Position numbers and translations under genes: made by a program. The notes under the pieces are model-generated. The model worked only from the letters and a program-made list of their open reading frames with translations. It had not been told where the DNA came from and made no database searches. From a virus: a stretch of DNA of 64,000 bases. This document shows, piece by piece, positions 1 through 14,602 of the stretch (positions within the stretch are counted from its first letter, which is position 1; the number at the start of each line of letters is the position of its first letter). The stretch lies in the IMG/VR virus record IMGVR_UViG_3300001279_000031, positions 22,340 through 86,339 of that record. One strand, 5' to 3'.

Positions 1-1
1 T

Positions 2-3000
2 GATCTTGCCAAACGCCTTGTTACAATAAGAGACGAGTAGACATGGACACAGTTTGAGACGTTATTGCATTCTGCTAAACATAATTTTATAACTTGTAAA
101 ATAGCTAAAGATCCACAAAGCCAGTTTGTAAAGATACAATTTGTTAATAATACTGTTGATTACAAGGCTATGCAATATCCTAAAATATGGTCTTCAATGT
201 TGTTTAACAATAACAATATATTGAATACAGAAAAATATGAAGATAGTAATTATCATACAAAACTAACAACGCTTGGAAATAAAATAATAAGTAGAGCTAC
301 ATCTTTATACAAATCTATAGACGCTGGTTTTAAAAGTAGCGATAAAAAATATGATATTATACTTGTTGGCGGATAGAAATAGTAGATTGACTTAAATACG
401 CACGAAGGAATAGAATATACTAAAGATCTTTTAGTAAAAATACTCAACAATGTCGGTATTATGATAGATAAAGCTACCATAAACAATGCATTGTTGTCTA
501 GTAATTATTATAATGCTACTCAATTAAGTGAGTAGTAGTTATTACATACATTTGTTACTGGTTCTGCTGGTAAGAATATAGGTGGATTACGTAATATATT
601 TAGTCTATTAGAAGATGTACAAAAGCAAGCATTACATAACAATAATATAATAGACAATGTACCTACTAGATTTTCTACATCGAATCGTATAAGTGCAAAT
701 AACATATATGGTGATAATGGTTTTATAAAATTTTTAGCACAACAATATTCTAAATCTTATACGGATACTGAAGAAATGATGAGTTTGGGTGCTAATGGCA
801 ATAAACTATATCCTATAGCTGATAATAGTTTTGTATTTGATAGAGTAAATGAATTAAATACAGATAAAGATGTTGTATCTAAATTAATGAACAATACATA
901 TTCTAAAGGTTCTTTAATATTAAATCAATTATTGTATAATAAAAATACCAAAATAAATACAGAAACCTTTGTTAATTTTAAAGAAGACCTATCAAACGAT
1001 AAGGGTAGTGATTACTTCAAAATAACAGATAAAGAAGATTATATAGCAAAGTTATGTGCTATGGAAAGTAATAGAATTGTATTTCCAACAATAGCAGATA
1101 AAAAAACATACTACTTTTTAACTGGCGTTGAATTGCCTCATATGCAAACGCAGTTCCATTTAAATGCCGACAATAAAATTATATTTGATTATGGTCAAGA
1201 CTTTTTAAATCAATTTAATAAATATATTGATGATGATTATGCATCAGTAAAGCTTGGTATAAAACAAGTAGATGATAGTAAAGAAGGAAAACTAGATCCA
1301 GAATGGATATCACCAGAAAAGCGTATTAAAAATTATTAGACACCTAGTAAACTTACAATGAATAATGGTACTACTAAAAAAATAGCACCTAATTGTACTA
1401 GGTTTAGATTTATAAGTGGCATATATTATCGAGATAATAAAGGTGAACGATTTGTTGATTTCAACAATTTAAATAGTACTCCGAAAGATAATTTATTATA
1501 GTTTGAAAACATGTTCTATAACACTGAGTATAAGAACGATATGATATCTACTATAATTGATAAATTAATGACAGATGAATTGAACTATTGTAAAGAATTA
1601 GGTATTGTAGATTTTAAAATCAATCCTGCTACTAATAAACCAAATATAAACACTATAAAGAATATTTTATTAGATCAATAGAAATTAAATTCTGTAATTT
1701 CAGTTTATTCTAATCACACAATACCAACAGTAAGTAATCATGCAGAAGCATATGCAGTATATGACACTATAGCTAGATGCTTAATGAATAGTGTTATTTC
1801 TGTAAATGAAATAGAAAAATTATTTAGTGGTGATCCAGCATTTTATAAGTAGGTTGCTATTCAAAATAAACCATTGGATGTATCTATAGATAAAATAAAG
1901 CGTTTAGGTGCATTAACTTCCACTGGTACAAACAATAGACTAGATTTTGAAGCATATCCAATAAATACAAAATATACTTGTGCTGAATTAAAAGATATCG
2001 AAGTAGGTTCTGATATGTATGAACAATTACGAGATACATTTGTAAACGGTGCAATTAACGATCTATATAAAACTGGTGTTGTTACTCATAAAGAAAATGA
2101 ACTAACTGAAAATGAGAAATCTTTAATTCAATAGGCTAAAACATTAGGTTAGTCTAGAGCGGATAGTTATAAATCTGGTATTAATGTCGCTGATGCTGCT
2201 GCTTATATATCTCCGAAGATGTATTATAATTTGATGCGTATGGTTGGTAACATCGACAACAAAACAGCATTAGGTTATAAGTTAATGACTGAAGAAGATA
2301 GATTGTATTTAAATACAAAAGAAGCATAGTACTTATTAAAATATGCCAACAAGTCAATACAAAAAGAAGGTGATAGATACTATATAGATGATCCAGCAGA
2401 TAAGGTACTTTCCGATAAAGATTTGTATAAAACAGCAATGAATTCATCAATGTAGGTATTGAAATATATGGCATTTGGAAATAGAGATCAATAGAATCAA
2501 GATGGTTCTACTAATACGTTAATACCTTATTACAATAAAATGGCATTACAACCACTATTTAAAGGTATAGCTACAGGTTCTATTAAACCATTATATGATA
2601 GAATGACAGATAAAGATGATCCAATAGATATGATCATGTTTGAATCCGCTGTTAAATCTGGCTCACAAAATCCTATGGATTATTATTCTGATTTTAAGAC
2701 AGGTTCTGTAAACGACCTAAATAAACTTACTACTTATCAGTAGTAGTTTAAATATCTCAGACAATAGTTAAATACCGATCCACACGACGAATTAGAATCA
2801 TAGTTTTGTACGTAGCCATTAAAGATTGCAATGTCTAACATGCAAGATGATGAAAGTTACGGTATTGGCGAAGACGTATTAAAAGGCAATGAAATAAAGT
2901 AGTAGGTATTTGATTCTGTGAAAGCATTGTCTGATATTGGTGCAAATGATATAAAAAAGAAATTATTTGATAAAGAAGGTAATATCAACGATTAGAATTT

Positions 3001-6000
3001 TATAAATATGTTACGTGAGCAAGCTGAATAGTCTAATGCTGATGATAACATATTAAATGCGCTAATTGTAAAAGACGGTAAACCAACAATACCATTGGCT
3101 GCATTATCAGATAATGCGTGGCTTGAAAGTAGATTAATATCCTATATCAATAAACAAGTTATAGACATTAAAGTAGCTGGTGTACCAATGATACAAAGAT
3201 CTGATTTTGGTATAAAGAGTGATAGTAAAATCAAAACATTATCAGATAAAGATATCAATTTAGGTTATAAACTAAATATGTATAATTAGGATGGTTCAAT
3301 GGATTGCATACCATCTATTAGTTTGTTTAGAAACATAATACCGAATTATAATATGATATCTTTTAATGAAGCTAAAAAATGGTTAATTGACGAACATATA
3401 ATAGGTAATAAATCAAAAATTGGTGGAATATCATATCGTGTTCCTACATAGGCAGCGGCTTCAATATCTGCAATAAAATTTTGTGATGTATTACCAGCAA
3501 TGACTGGCGATAGCATTGTATTCCCTGACGAATTTACTAAATTAACTGGTTCAGACTTTGACGTTGATAAAGCATTTTTTGCAATATTTGAATATTCGAA
3601 TATATTTGATCACACAATCGATGGTATTTCTCATGGAATACATAGAAAAGAAATTGATACTACCAAGACACTAACTCAACAAGATCCAGGAGCACTTAAA
3701 AATAGAATATTACAGAACTTCATACGTATTCTTACAACAAAAAGAATACAAGATCAATTAAAATAGTCTATTGATAATCCTACTTAGTTGGTTAAGGGTT
3801 TATTAGCTGATATCGAATCATCAGATAATACCAAAGTTAATTTGCCACTATCTTAGTATTCGCTATCATATCAAGAGTCTAAAAAGTTTGAATACACTAG
3901 TGGTAAACTTGGTATAGGTCCAGTAGCATTGAATAATGCTAATCATGTACTAACATAGTTAACGCATTTAGCCTTTGGTAGTGAATCAAAAGATTATAAA
4001 TTATTGAATGCTTTAAATGCTACAAAACTAGATAGAGTATATGATATACCTGATGGATATACAGTTCCAAATAGAATACTAGACTGGACATCTGCTATGA
4101 TTAATGCTTTTGTAGATGTAGCCAAAGACCCATATATAGTTAAGTTAAACGTAATGCCTTATACTTATACAATGGTTATGTATCTAATACGAAGCGGATT
4201 TGGTAAACGAACTTTTTATTTCATTAATCAACCTATTTTAAAGGATATAGCAAAAGCAGTAGAAAGAACTAAAGGTAAGTATGGTATTAATAAGTATAAA
4301 ACTAGAAGTTAGATACAGCAAGATACTATTGATTAGATATTAAACAAATATGATCCAAATAGTAGAATACGTAATAGAATAATATCTGAACAAAAACATA
4401 ACGATAATTTCATCAATAACAAAATATTAGATTTATTTAAAGTTAATGGCACAGAAAAAGATACAAATGGTTAGTTACAACCAAACTGTGTGTTACGTTA
4501 GTTATTAGTAAACAGACAATAGTATGATAATGATGAATTTAATCAAAGACAAATAATTACATACCTGGCTTTTTAGCGATTGTCATTGTATGCGAACGGT
4601 TTGTCACAGTTAGTTATGTCATCTAGAATCGACACAAAACGTACTGGTAAATCGATTGCAGAACAAACGTTATATACAAATAAACTAAACGAAGTTAAAT
4701 TAAATCGTAATAATATATTTGATGGCGAATTATTAAAACGTTACTTTTCAGACACGTTCTTAAATAAAGAATTTGACAATAGTATTACTTTAGCAAATAG
4801 CATATTATAGGATCAATTGATAAGGACACAACCGGTTATTAAACAATTAGCTAATAATATATTATTCACTCTTGGTAAGATAAATTATTGTAGTAATGAG
4901 ACGTTAACTAAAATAAACAGATCAATAGAAGCAGCAGTTAAATCAGAGTTTTTTAATGATTACGTTGTTAAAAACAATATGAATTTATAGGATATGTTTT
5001 ATGGTGACAATACTATTGCTAAACGTGTATTGAAATTAAAGAATGATATATATAGTGGTAAAATACCAAATATGTTAAATCAAGATGGTTCTATTATAAA
5101 TGATTTCTTATCTTACTTGTTACCAGAAATAAATGTAAATTCAGCAATAAGTAATGACCCAGATTTAATCAATACATCAAACCTATTATCTAGTGACGCC
5201 GCTGAAAATAACAATTTAATAAATCATTGGGCTGATATGCTAGAAAATGAAAATCCTGAAATAAATTAGCTAGCAAAGGATTTAGCGGTATACGCATTTT
5301 ATACTTCCGGTGACAATCCTGGATCTAATTCCTTTTTTAAGTACTTACCCAATTCGTTTAGAGAATCTATTGGCTATAATGATTTTATACGTAATAAAAT
5401 GGAATAGCTAAAGAATGATTCTGGATTGCCTATATCAATATCTAAAGATGTATTACTTAATAATTGGTATAATGATGATATAGTAAGACCAATCAAACTG
5501 ATAGAATATGGTACATCAGTAGATAATGAAACCGGTATACTTAACAATCACACTCCTTCAATGTTAATAACGTTGAATGCTAATAAAACTAAAGACGATC
5601 CTAATGGCACACCTATATTGATCTATGGTAAACGTAGTAATCATAATATTGGTAGTGATATACTTCCAGCTAGTTATGCCGCAGATGATTTAAAAAATAA
5701 AATACCAATATGGTCCCCATATATAAAAGTAAATTATGGTAGATCAAATGATCCTACTACTACCTTAATATATCGTATTGTTGGTTATACTAGTGAGGAG
5801 AATAAAAATAATAAAGTTAAATCTTTTTATCCTATTTATGGTCTCACTAATAAAAATGGTATGAAATATCATGGGCACACAATTGTTGAATATGGTCAGT
5901 AGTCAAATCTACTAAAAGCAAATCACTTATAGTCATAGATGTGTGCAGCAAACGAACTAATGAATTATTCATCATTTTTAGATTATTACGATAATTATAA

Positions 6001-6442
6001 AACTATGTTTTCTGGCAATAATGCAACACAAATATAGTTCTTTAATGAATTATTGAAGAATATGAATACTATTGAAGATAATATAATAAATATAAATTCT
6101 TTTGAAAAATCAAATAATTATTTATAGCAAGCTATATATGATGATGACATAGAAGATTTAGATCAATCTGAATATAATCAAGACCCTGATACTAAGTATA
6201 TAGATACAGATAAAAACACAAATGATAGTCCGGTAACAACGCAGTCTACTCCGCCTACTGATTAGATAGAAGATTAGACATCAATAGAAAACGATTAGGA
6301 TTATTTAGATTATCTCTACAACAATGGCGCTACATAGAATGAAGCTGGTTTAGCAGAGATAAATAAGTATAATCAACAAGATTATAACATACTACATGAT
6401 GATGAAAATGATAATAATGATGCATTTAAAAATTGTAAATAA
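2..6442 (+). CDS. Virion-packaged RNA polymerase, crAss type (5'-partial, TAG=Gln, >2100 aa)
   Basis: Ten ORF-track fragments (65-5902) share one frame and end in TAG. The frame closes at TAA 6440-6442. Catalytic GSDFDVDK (DxDxD) lies at 3554-3568, preceded by YRVPT[TAG]A, which resembles the RxPxQ motif. Confidence 0.93.
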
Positions 6443-9400
6443 TGAATAACATGACTTCTTGCCCAGCATATACAAACAAGCAAGTAAAAGATGAATTTAA
6501 TGAAATCATCAAAGCTTATGGTGGACAACCAATGAGCAATGAAGAGTTTAAAGATCAGTCGAAAAGAGATATCAGGACAGGTATCAATAGAAGTGCTATG
6601 ATAGCGGCTTATAAGGTATGGGACTTAACACAAGGTAATGGTATACGTAGAACACCTCTAGGATAGCCCTCACAGCTATTTTAGAGCCTTCTAACGCACT
6701 TTAATGGTGACCTTGATAAAAGTATAAGGACTAAGGTTAACATGCTGTCAGACGGCTTTATAAGCTCATTTGGGTTATACCTGAATGGCTAGTAGTCTAC
6801 TAAATTAAAATTGGGTGATGACGGTGAACCAACATTTGATAGTTTAAATGATACTAGTATATTACAGTCTGAAGAGATGGCCAAAAAAGCTACTAATAAT
6901 TTTAAAGAAACATTCAAATTAGATAATAATAGTATTAATCAACATATGCTGGATAATACTCCTTTTACTTATTCAAAAGATATAATAAAATATGTTGTGG
7001 ATAATCATAAGTTAACTCCGTTACAAAGCAAATACTATGATATGCTAAAAGATAGTAACATACCAATAATGATAAAGCCTCAAATTGGTTATACTACTAT
7101 GTATACTAGCAGTGATGGATATATATCTTTATGTCCATTAGCATTATCAGAAACTGGCGTTAAAGATTTATTTGCTTAGGATTTCTTACACGAATTAATA
7201 CACGCAACATGTTCTAATGCGTTACGGATGGATAATAAAAACGAGGCTCAAAAATAGTTCTTTAATGAGATAAGTAATCTAAAAAACGAAGCAAATAGAA
7301 GTATAAGTAATGAAGAAAAACAGGCATTTCCTGATGATACTTATGGACTTACTAACGAAGATGAATTTTTAGCTGAATTTATATCCAATCCATCATTTCG
7401 TAACATACTTCGTACTCGTAATCTATTTTAGAAAGGTATAGATGCAATAAAGCATTTGTTTTTAAATAATGACGATATTCATACTGATTTAATAAACAAG
7501 CAAACAGATGAAGATATAAATAAATTTGTAACAGATTCAATAGTGTCATATGCATCTACTTATAGAGAAATACCATCACAATATTAGATACCTAGAACAA
7601 GAACTGAAATAAATAATGCGAATCAAACAGAATCAAATCCAATACCAAAGAGTGAAATAGATAATACATACAATAAGATAATAGATGGTTTAAATAGTAT
7701 ACTTAATATCTTAAAGAAAAGGGAAAATGTGTCTAAGGGTACAATTGATAATATGCGATTAACCATAAATAGGTTATAGCGTATGGATGCTAAAACAGGT
7801 GTGGTTAAATTTGTTAATGATTTAGCTTAGGAAGTTACAGCGCAAGCATATAATATAGTCAATGGTGATAAATTTAAAGATATATCTGCTTCTGAATTGA
7901 TGAATTTAAGTAATAACTATTTGGGTTTCTATTCGCCGATGATCAAATCTATAAAACGGTTATTGGATACTACTCATGACTTTGATGATGTACAAAGTAT
8001 TAATCCTGATACAAGTTTAAATGATTTTACTAATACCGTAAATTTATTATAGATACGTGTATCTACTATTCAAAATGCGTTTGATAATATGGTTAATACA
8101 AAAGCTAGACAATGGCTTTTGGATGCAGGTACCAAAAACAATGATCCTAATATCGACAAACTGATAAATGATATGGATAATGGGGACAATGATATCAGTT
8201 GGATAGGATATATGGTAGGTATGACATCTGCATTAAATAGTACAGCCATTAAGGCTGTAGATAATGCAGTTAGAAATTGTAATACCGATACACAACAAGA
8301 AACATTGAAATTTGGTAAAAAATTAGTATTTCAATATTCTAAATTACAGAAAAAACACGGTAAAAATTTTACTAAAATTTATTATGAGCTAGATAAAAAT
8401 GGTAATCCTACTGGTAATTTTGTACGTGATTTAAATTGGGGACAACATACTATTGATTATAAACAACTAATGGCTGATTTAACAGGTAAATATAAACTAG
8501 AAAGAGATGCTGAAGGATATCCAATAAGACCTGTTTATGGCGATAAAAAATTTGATTAGTTTTGGAATGATGTTGATGATTGGCATGAAAAACATTCTAT
8601 ACGTAAATATTCAAAAGCATACTACAAACTACAACGTAAAATGATACCAGAAGCTAGAGAAGCTATCGATGAGATATAGATACGTTAGAATAAAATAATG
8701 TAGCATGTATTTCACGATAATGAATATCATACTGAAGAATTAACACAAAGTCAATCCAACCAATTAGAGGCATTAAAAAAGGAAAGAGCCTAGTTAATGT
8801 CTCCTATAAATAAATAGGGAGAATTTAAAACTGGTATAGAAAAGTAGATTTCTGATAATCTAATTTGGTATAACAAATAGATGACCAACAATCTAAAGTA
8901 TATTACAGATACAGAAGGATATGAGAGCGCAAGAAAACAAATGGCTGATAAATATGGAAAGGATAGCGATAAATATAGAATGTGGCTATATCAAAACAGT
9001 AGAATGAAGCTTGATGATGACTTGTATAGTAATAATAAATCTGTATATGATTCTTTAGACCTTAGTGATCCAGTACAAAAAGAATTGTACGATTTAATAC
9101 AACAAAAAAAAGCAATATTAAAGCCGTATAAAAAAGCATATTCTTTTGGTTATGATTATGATATAATGCCACCAGAAAGTAGTCCTTTTAAGGCTAATTT
9201 AGGTGCGATAGAATCTAAAATAGATAAATTAAAAGATGTCCTACAAATAAAAGGTGACAAATCATTTTTTGATAACTTTGATGTTATTACAGATGCTAGA
9301 TTTAGTAAACAATACAATGAGGAATAGTTAAAAGCAAAAGCAGCTAAAGAGGATTTTTATCAAACTCCTTTTTATTTAAACAATACATATCTCGGATATC

Positions 9401-11514
9401 ACAAAGGTACTGAAGTTCGTAAACTTTTATCAATCCACAAAAACTTAATTCCAAAAAATGTAAAAAAAATAAAACTAGCCCCTAATTCTGTATGGCAAAA
9501 ATTAAATCCTGAATCTTTATGGGCAAATCCAAATTATGATCCTAATTCTATTGGTACATTACCAAATAGAAAAGTGTATGATAATTCAAAAGCATTTTCA
9601 CAAGTAAGCAAAAATTAGGAATTATTAGATTTTTATAATCATTTAATAGAATCTAAAAGATAGGCAAACAGTTTTATAAGTTTTCTCACAAATGTAGACG
9701 ATTATTCTATGCCGCAAATGTCTGGTAGATTATGTGCTACTTTAATACGTAATCATAATCAAATATTTAGTGGTTTAAAATATATGGCAGCTGACTATTT
9801 ATGGAAAATAAAAGATGATGATATAGATTATATTGAAAAATACGATACTAGACCAGATGGTACATCAATAAAATCAGTACCAACCAGATTTATACATCCA
9901 CTGGAAGATCCTAGCAAAATTACTACTGACTTAATAGGTTCTATGATAGAGTATTATAATATGGCTGATAATTTTAAGAACAAAACTAAAATAGCAAATG
10001 ATTTAGAAGTTGTATTAAGTAAGGTAAAACAAACAAGTTATACCAAAAATGGTAAACATAAAAATGTTACAAATGCTGCTGCAAGATTAGAAAAGTATAT
10101 GGATATGTTCGTTTATGGTAAAAGAACCGATGATATGGAAGTATCGATTGGAAGTCATAAAATAAATTTATCAAAGTTTTTAAGCAAGGTTATTTCATAT
10201 ACAGGAACTGTTAATTTAGCAGAAAATGTATGGCCTATGGCTTAGAATATGCTTTCAGGTGGTACTTTATTAGCAATGGAATCTGCATTAGGAAGATATT
10301 TTCATATTAGAGATTTAAAGTTTGCAAAGAAAATATACAATGCATCATTACCAAATATGGTTTAGCATTTAGGTGATAAAACTCACATTAATAAATTATT
10401 AAGTGCTGTAGAATACAATAATATAAGTAGAGATACACAAGAGATATTTAGTAGACTTGATTCTTCCCCATTATTAAGAGCTATAAACAGTCATTTTTGG
10501 TATAATGGATATAATATGGGAGATTACTTTATGAAATCATAGACTGTGGCATCAATATACCACAGTTATAGGTTATGTACAAACAGTGATGGTAGTAAAT
10601 AGTTTTTAAACGAAACATAGTTCATAGATAAAAATTATCCTACTAATAAAAATGAAGGTACTAGAGTGTTTACGTCTTTTTAGACAACCCTTTGGGATGC
10701 ATATGATCCCGATGAAACCAACTATTTTACAATTAATGAAAAATATAAGCAGTATATCAGTAGAGATTTCGAACATATGATAAAAAATAAATCAGAAGAT
10801 TTATGTGGTAGAATAGATGGTAGTATACCAGAAACAGATAAAGCCACAATCCACGCAAATCCAATTGGTAAATTCCTTGTTCAACATAGAAATGTTTATG
10901 TAAACTTTATACACAATAGAATAAAACCAAGACAATTTAATTATAATACATAGGAAACAGAAGAAGGTACGTTTAGAACATTAGCACATTTTATTAGTAA
11001 TTTATTTTCTAGTGGAAGATTTAATATAATAAAGTCTGGTATAAATAATTACTCTAAATTGAAATCTTTTGAAAAATATGCACTTCGTAAAGTAATGCTA
11101 GAAATGTCTGCTATTGCAGTAGCCGTTATGATAACAACATTAGGTTTAATACCTTGGGCTGATGCTGATAAAGATAGTTGGAGTAAATAGGCATTATCTT
11201 ATTTAGCACTACGTTCATCTTTTGATTTAATGACAATGTATAATCCTATAGATGTTGCAAATACATTTTAGTCACCTACGGCATCAATAACATCTTTATC
11301 TAATTTATTTAGTTTTATTAAGTTGTTTTGGATACCTGGTTACTTTGCATAGAATACGCCATTTTCAGAAGTATCCACAGGACCATACGAAGGATTACCA
11401 AAAATTGCTAGATCGTTTATAAAAGCTACACCAGTACGTGAACTTATAGAATTACCATATGCTGCAACGATTAGAGCAAAAAGAAATTATTTGGAGAACC
11501 AATTAATGTTCTAA
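6442..11514 (+). CDS. Large virion cargo/ejection protein with zincin-like domain (TAG=Gln, 1690 aa)
   Basis: Start overlaps the RNAP stop (TAATG). Fragments at 6442, 6811, 8089, 8881 and 9709 are in one frame, ending at TAA 11512-11514. Contains FLHELIHA (HExxH) followed by YGLTNEDEFLAEFISNP. Confidence 0.85.
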
Positions 11515-11570
11515 TAAAATTCTATCTTGAATCCTAGATTTATAGGATAGCAAATAAAAAATTAAATATT

Positions 11571-11605
11571 GCGTCTGAGTACAATTGTATTTGGACGCTT
11601 TTTTT
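11571..11605 (+). terminator. Rho-independent terminator of the late (+) operon
   Basis: Hairpin gcgtctgagtac-aatt-gtatttggacgc followed by a T7 run. Confidence 0.8.
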
Positions 11606-11610
11606 GTATA

Positions 11611-11641
11611 AAAGTAAAGCCCCATGATTTCTCATAGGGCT
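11611..11641 (-). terminator. Probable terminator of the convergent (-) replication operon
   Basis: Hairpin agccccatga-tttc-tcatagggct with an A-rich left flank, which is U-rich on the - strand. Confidence 0.6.
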
Positions 11642-11687
11642 AAACTAATTATTAAATAAAATATATACTATGGCAAATAGTATTTCT

Positions 11688-12161
11688 TTATACCATATCA
11701 AAAGCTATATCAGTTTTTTCATTAAAAATTGTAATATAGTCTTCAATAGGTAGAATATCTTTTTTTAATGGTATTGGTAAATGATAATGAAAATAATCAC
11801 ATATGTTATCACCATGATAAAAATATAATATGTGTGATTCTGACGAAGCACTTATATTTGGTATGCCATTTAAAATATTTTTTACATCTTGGCTATTTTC
11901 TAAATTACGTATAAAGGCATATTCTTTATACCATATACCTTTAATACATATATCATATTTATTATAAAATGTTTTTAAATGTGTTAATATATTATCAACA
12001 CAAAATGGTATATTTTTATATAATAGGAATATATGATTGTTTAAGTATGGTCTATTAATATCTTCTAAATAAGCATTAACAAATCCGCAATCACTTTTAA
12101 TGAATTCATTACTTATCGCTGAATCAACTATCGGTAGTATCATCTTTGTTATTATTTCCAT
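11688..12161 (-). CDS. Hypothetical protein
   Basis: 157-aa ORF overlapping the upstream gene in the operon. Confidence 0.7.
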   Translation of the reverse strand: MEIITKMILPIVDSAISNEFIKSDCGFVNAYLEDINRPYLNNHIFLLYKNIPFCVDNILTHLKTFYNKYDICIKGIWYKEYAFIRNLENSQDVKNILNGIPNISASSESHILYFYHGDNICDYFHYHLPIPLKKDILPIEDYITIFNEKTDIAFDMV

Positions 12162-13161
12162 AATCTAATTTTAATAATTCACTTCCATCGCCATCATAAT
12201 ATTCTTTTGTATGATCCCATTTATTATATTTTTGATGCCATGCTATTGCAGTAGTGGCATTATTTATTATCGCAATTCTGTTGTCTAACTGCTTTTCTGT
12301 TATATCAAATACTCTAATAGTACCGTACAACGAACTTATTGCAATAATATATGTATTAAATTTCCATTCATCTATATTAATATCTAATTTTCTAATATTT
12401 TTTAGATACCAAAATATAGCCATCCAATAATATGATAATTGTCTACAGTAATCGTAGGTTACCATACTATGACCAAAATCATTTATATTTGATGTTGTCT
12501 TTAAATCAATTAATGTTATTTCTTTCTTAGATAAATTAAACAATACTCTATCTAACAAAGATTTACACGGTAATGTATAATCAAGAGTTTTAATTGGTAA
12601 ATCCCAATTTATTTGAAACTCATTATGTGCTTCTTCAAAATTTTTATCATTTAATAAATAAGAAGCTAATTTATGTTCAGATATATTAGTAAATATCTTA
12701 TCTATTAATGTTTTAGTAGCAAAAGATATACTCTTTTTACTATCATTTAAACTATTTATAAAATCTTTTAATTCTATTTCTAGTTTTTTAGCCTTATCTA
12801 ATACAACCTTATCTGTTTGTTTTGTTGATGTAGTATAAGCTAAATTATAAGCATTGATTAATGCTTTATCGTGTATTATTTCTTTAGAGTTATTTAGTTC
12901 ATCTACGAATATCTTCTGCTGATTTGACTTTGGTTTAGTAATATTTCTTACTTGATATGTTTTACTATATTCATTGGGTTGAAGTATAGCCATGTGAATA
13001 AGAGTACCGGTACTTAAATACGAAGTTTCAATATCAATGCCCTTACCAGTTAACATATTATGTAAATAAGTTGGTCCATGTTTAATAAACCAACCTATAT
13101 TACTATTACTTATCCGTGTCATATCTTCATAATACGGTATTGTAAATTCTTGTTTTTTCAT
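12124..13161 (-). CDS. PD-(D/E)xK exonuclease (RecE/ExoVIII-like)
   Basis: Motifs ISNS, GTLIH, CKSLLDRV, LIDLKTT and YCRQLSYY. Confidence 0.8.
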   Translation of the reverse strand: MKKQEFTIPYYEDMTRISNSNIGWFIKHGPTYLHNMLTGKGIDIETSYLSTGTLIHMAILQPNEYSKTYQVRNITKPKSNQQKIFVDELNNSKEIIHDKALINAYNLAYTTSTKQTDKVVLDKAKKLEIELKDFINSLNDSKKSISFATKTLIDKIFTNISEHKLASYLLNDKNFEEAHNEFQINWDLPIKTLDYTLPCKSLLDRVLFNLSKKEITLIDLKTTSNINDFGHSMVTYDYCRQLSYYWMAIFWYLKNIRKLDINIDEWKFNTYIIAISSLYGTIRVFDITEKQLDNRIAIINNATTAIAWHQKYNKWDHTKEYYDGDGSELLKLDYGNNNKDDTTDS

Positions 13162-13424
13162 TTTACTGCTTTATCACTATCATCTTCTTCCGTGTTCATT
13201 GTATTTTCTATTATATCCTTAAATGTAGGATTTAAAAATACTCCATCTTCTATAGATAGAAGATTACCTTTTTCATCGTAAAATTCTTTATTCTTATAGC
13301 TACTTAAAAATTTATATACATCATCATTATCAGTTTCATCAATCATTCTAAGTAAGAATTCTTGATTAAAATAGCTATCTATTATTTCTTTTAATTTAAT
13401 TGTATTTTCACTCATCTTTTTCAC
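13158..13424 (-). CDS. Small acidic hypothetical protein
   Basis: 88-aa ORF overlapping both neighbours. Confidence 0.65.
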   Translation of the reverse strand: MKKMSENTIKLKEIIDSYFNQEFLLRMIDETDNDDVYKFLSSYKNKEFYDEKGNLLSIEDGVFLNPTFKDIIENTMNTEEDDSDKAVK

Positions 13425-14211
13425 TTGTTGATATATTCATATCAGTTAACAAATAATCTAAGTCTTGTTCTGTCATATTATCATGTTCAAATAGACGTAT
13501 TTCTGTAGTAAAAGCCATAATATTGTCCATGCTTAATAATTTTATATTTTTTATCATAAAATCTTTTACTATTTTATGATCTGTAACTATATTAGAATCA
13601 TTTAATACATTATCTATAAACTTAATATTACTATCTAAACCATACTGTCTAATATAACGAATGCGAGAACATCTATCAAACAAATAATTACTCATTCCAT
13701 TTGAGTTGTTACTTGTCATAATAATTAATTTCTTCCCTGTACCTTGCATTCCATCCAAAAATGATAATAAATCATCGCTTTTCCATTTATTATTGCTCTT
13801 ATCGATTTCATCAAAAATTAATACAGTTTCGTCTGTTATTTTTTTGTAGAAATTTTTTAAATTACTTATTTCAACATCTTCGTTTACAATTACTATTGGT
13901 AAATCAGAAGCCATAGCTAATTCTTTAGCCATTACTGTTTTACCAGTTCCCTTAATTCCATTTAGCAATACACCTGTGGTTTGTGTAGTTGCGTTACGGT
14001 AGTAATGTAATACTCGATTTATAAATTTATCATCGTCTTCTTCCTTATACACTTTGTTTGGTAAATTCAATTTACCATCTTCGATTAAATAAACCGCTCC
14101 AGTCCACGGATTGCTTTTACAATCATATATTTTTTTGTTTTCTAACTTCACAAGTAACCCATTAGGTTCCGGCGTTAATTTATTATCAACATTTATAAAA
14201 TTTTGTTTCAT
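13408..14211 (-). CDS. AAA+ ATPase
   Basis: Walker A GIKGTGKT, Walker B LIFDEIDK, sensor IMTSN and DRCSR. Confidence 0.85.
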   Translation of the reverse strand: MKQNFINVDNKLTPEPNGLLVKLENKKIYDCKSNPWTGAVYLIEDGKLNLPNKVYKEEDDDKFINRVLHYYRNATTQTTGVLLNGIKGTGKTVMAKELAMASDLPIVIVNEDVEISNLKNFYKKITDETVLIFDEIDKSNNKWKSDDLLSFLDGMQGTGKKLIIMTSNNSNGMSNYLFDRCSRIRYIRQYGLDSNIKFIDNVLNDSNIVTDHKIVKDFMIKNIKLLSMDNIMAFTTEIRLFEHDNMTEQDLDYLLTDMNISTSEKDE

Positions 14212-14602
14212 GTTTGTTATTTTTTAGTTTTTGTATAACTTCATCAATTTGTTTATGATTTCTAACAATATATAATATAATGTTAGAATTTTGAAGATGC
14301 AAAGTATACTTAAATATTTTCCATCGTAATGGAAAGCTATCTGTTATATTTCCTTTACATTCTATTATAAAGTCCTTACCTACAAAATCAGGTTTATACG
14401 TCATTTTTCGTACATTTTCACCTTGATATTCAAATGCAGGTATTAATAGGAAAGATTTTGGTTCGTAATCTGCTATAATATTATTTAATTTTAATTGTTT
14501 ATAGCAGTAACCTTCAAGTTTAGATTTAAATTTGATACCATCAATAATTGTTGGTGTCGCATTTTTTACTTTTACGTTCTAATTCTTTTTCAGTTGTCTC
14601 AT
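14186..14602 (-). CDS. PD-(D/E)xK endonuclease, Holliday-junction resolvase/T7 endonuclease I-like (one internal TAG, 138 aa)
   Basis: The frame of ORF 14186-14404 extends to ATG 14602: MRQLKKN[TAG]NVKVKNATPTIIDGIKFKSKLE...YKPDF...IIECKG. Confidence 0.8.

Noticed and set aside
1-11514. Fragmented ORFs read as pseudogenes or intron-split genes
   Set aside because: The fragments are in frame and separated by TAG, and the catalytic motifs are intact. Recoding explains them, and no intron or intein signature was seen.
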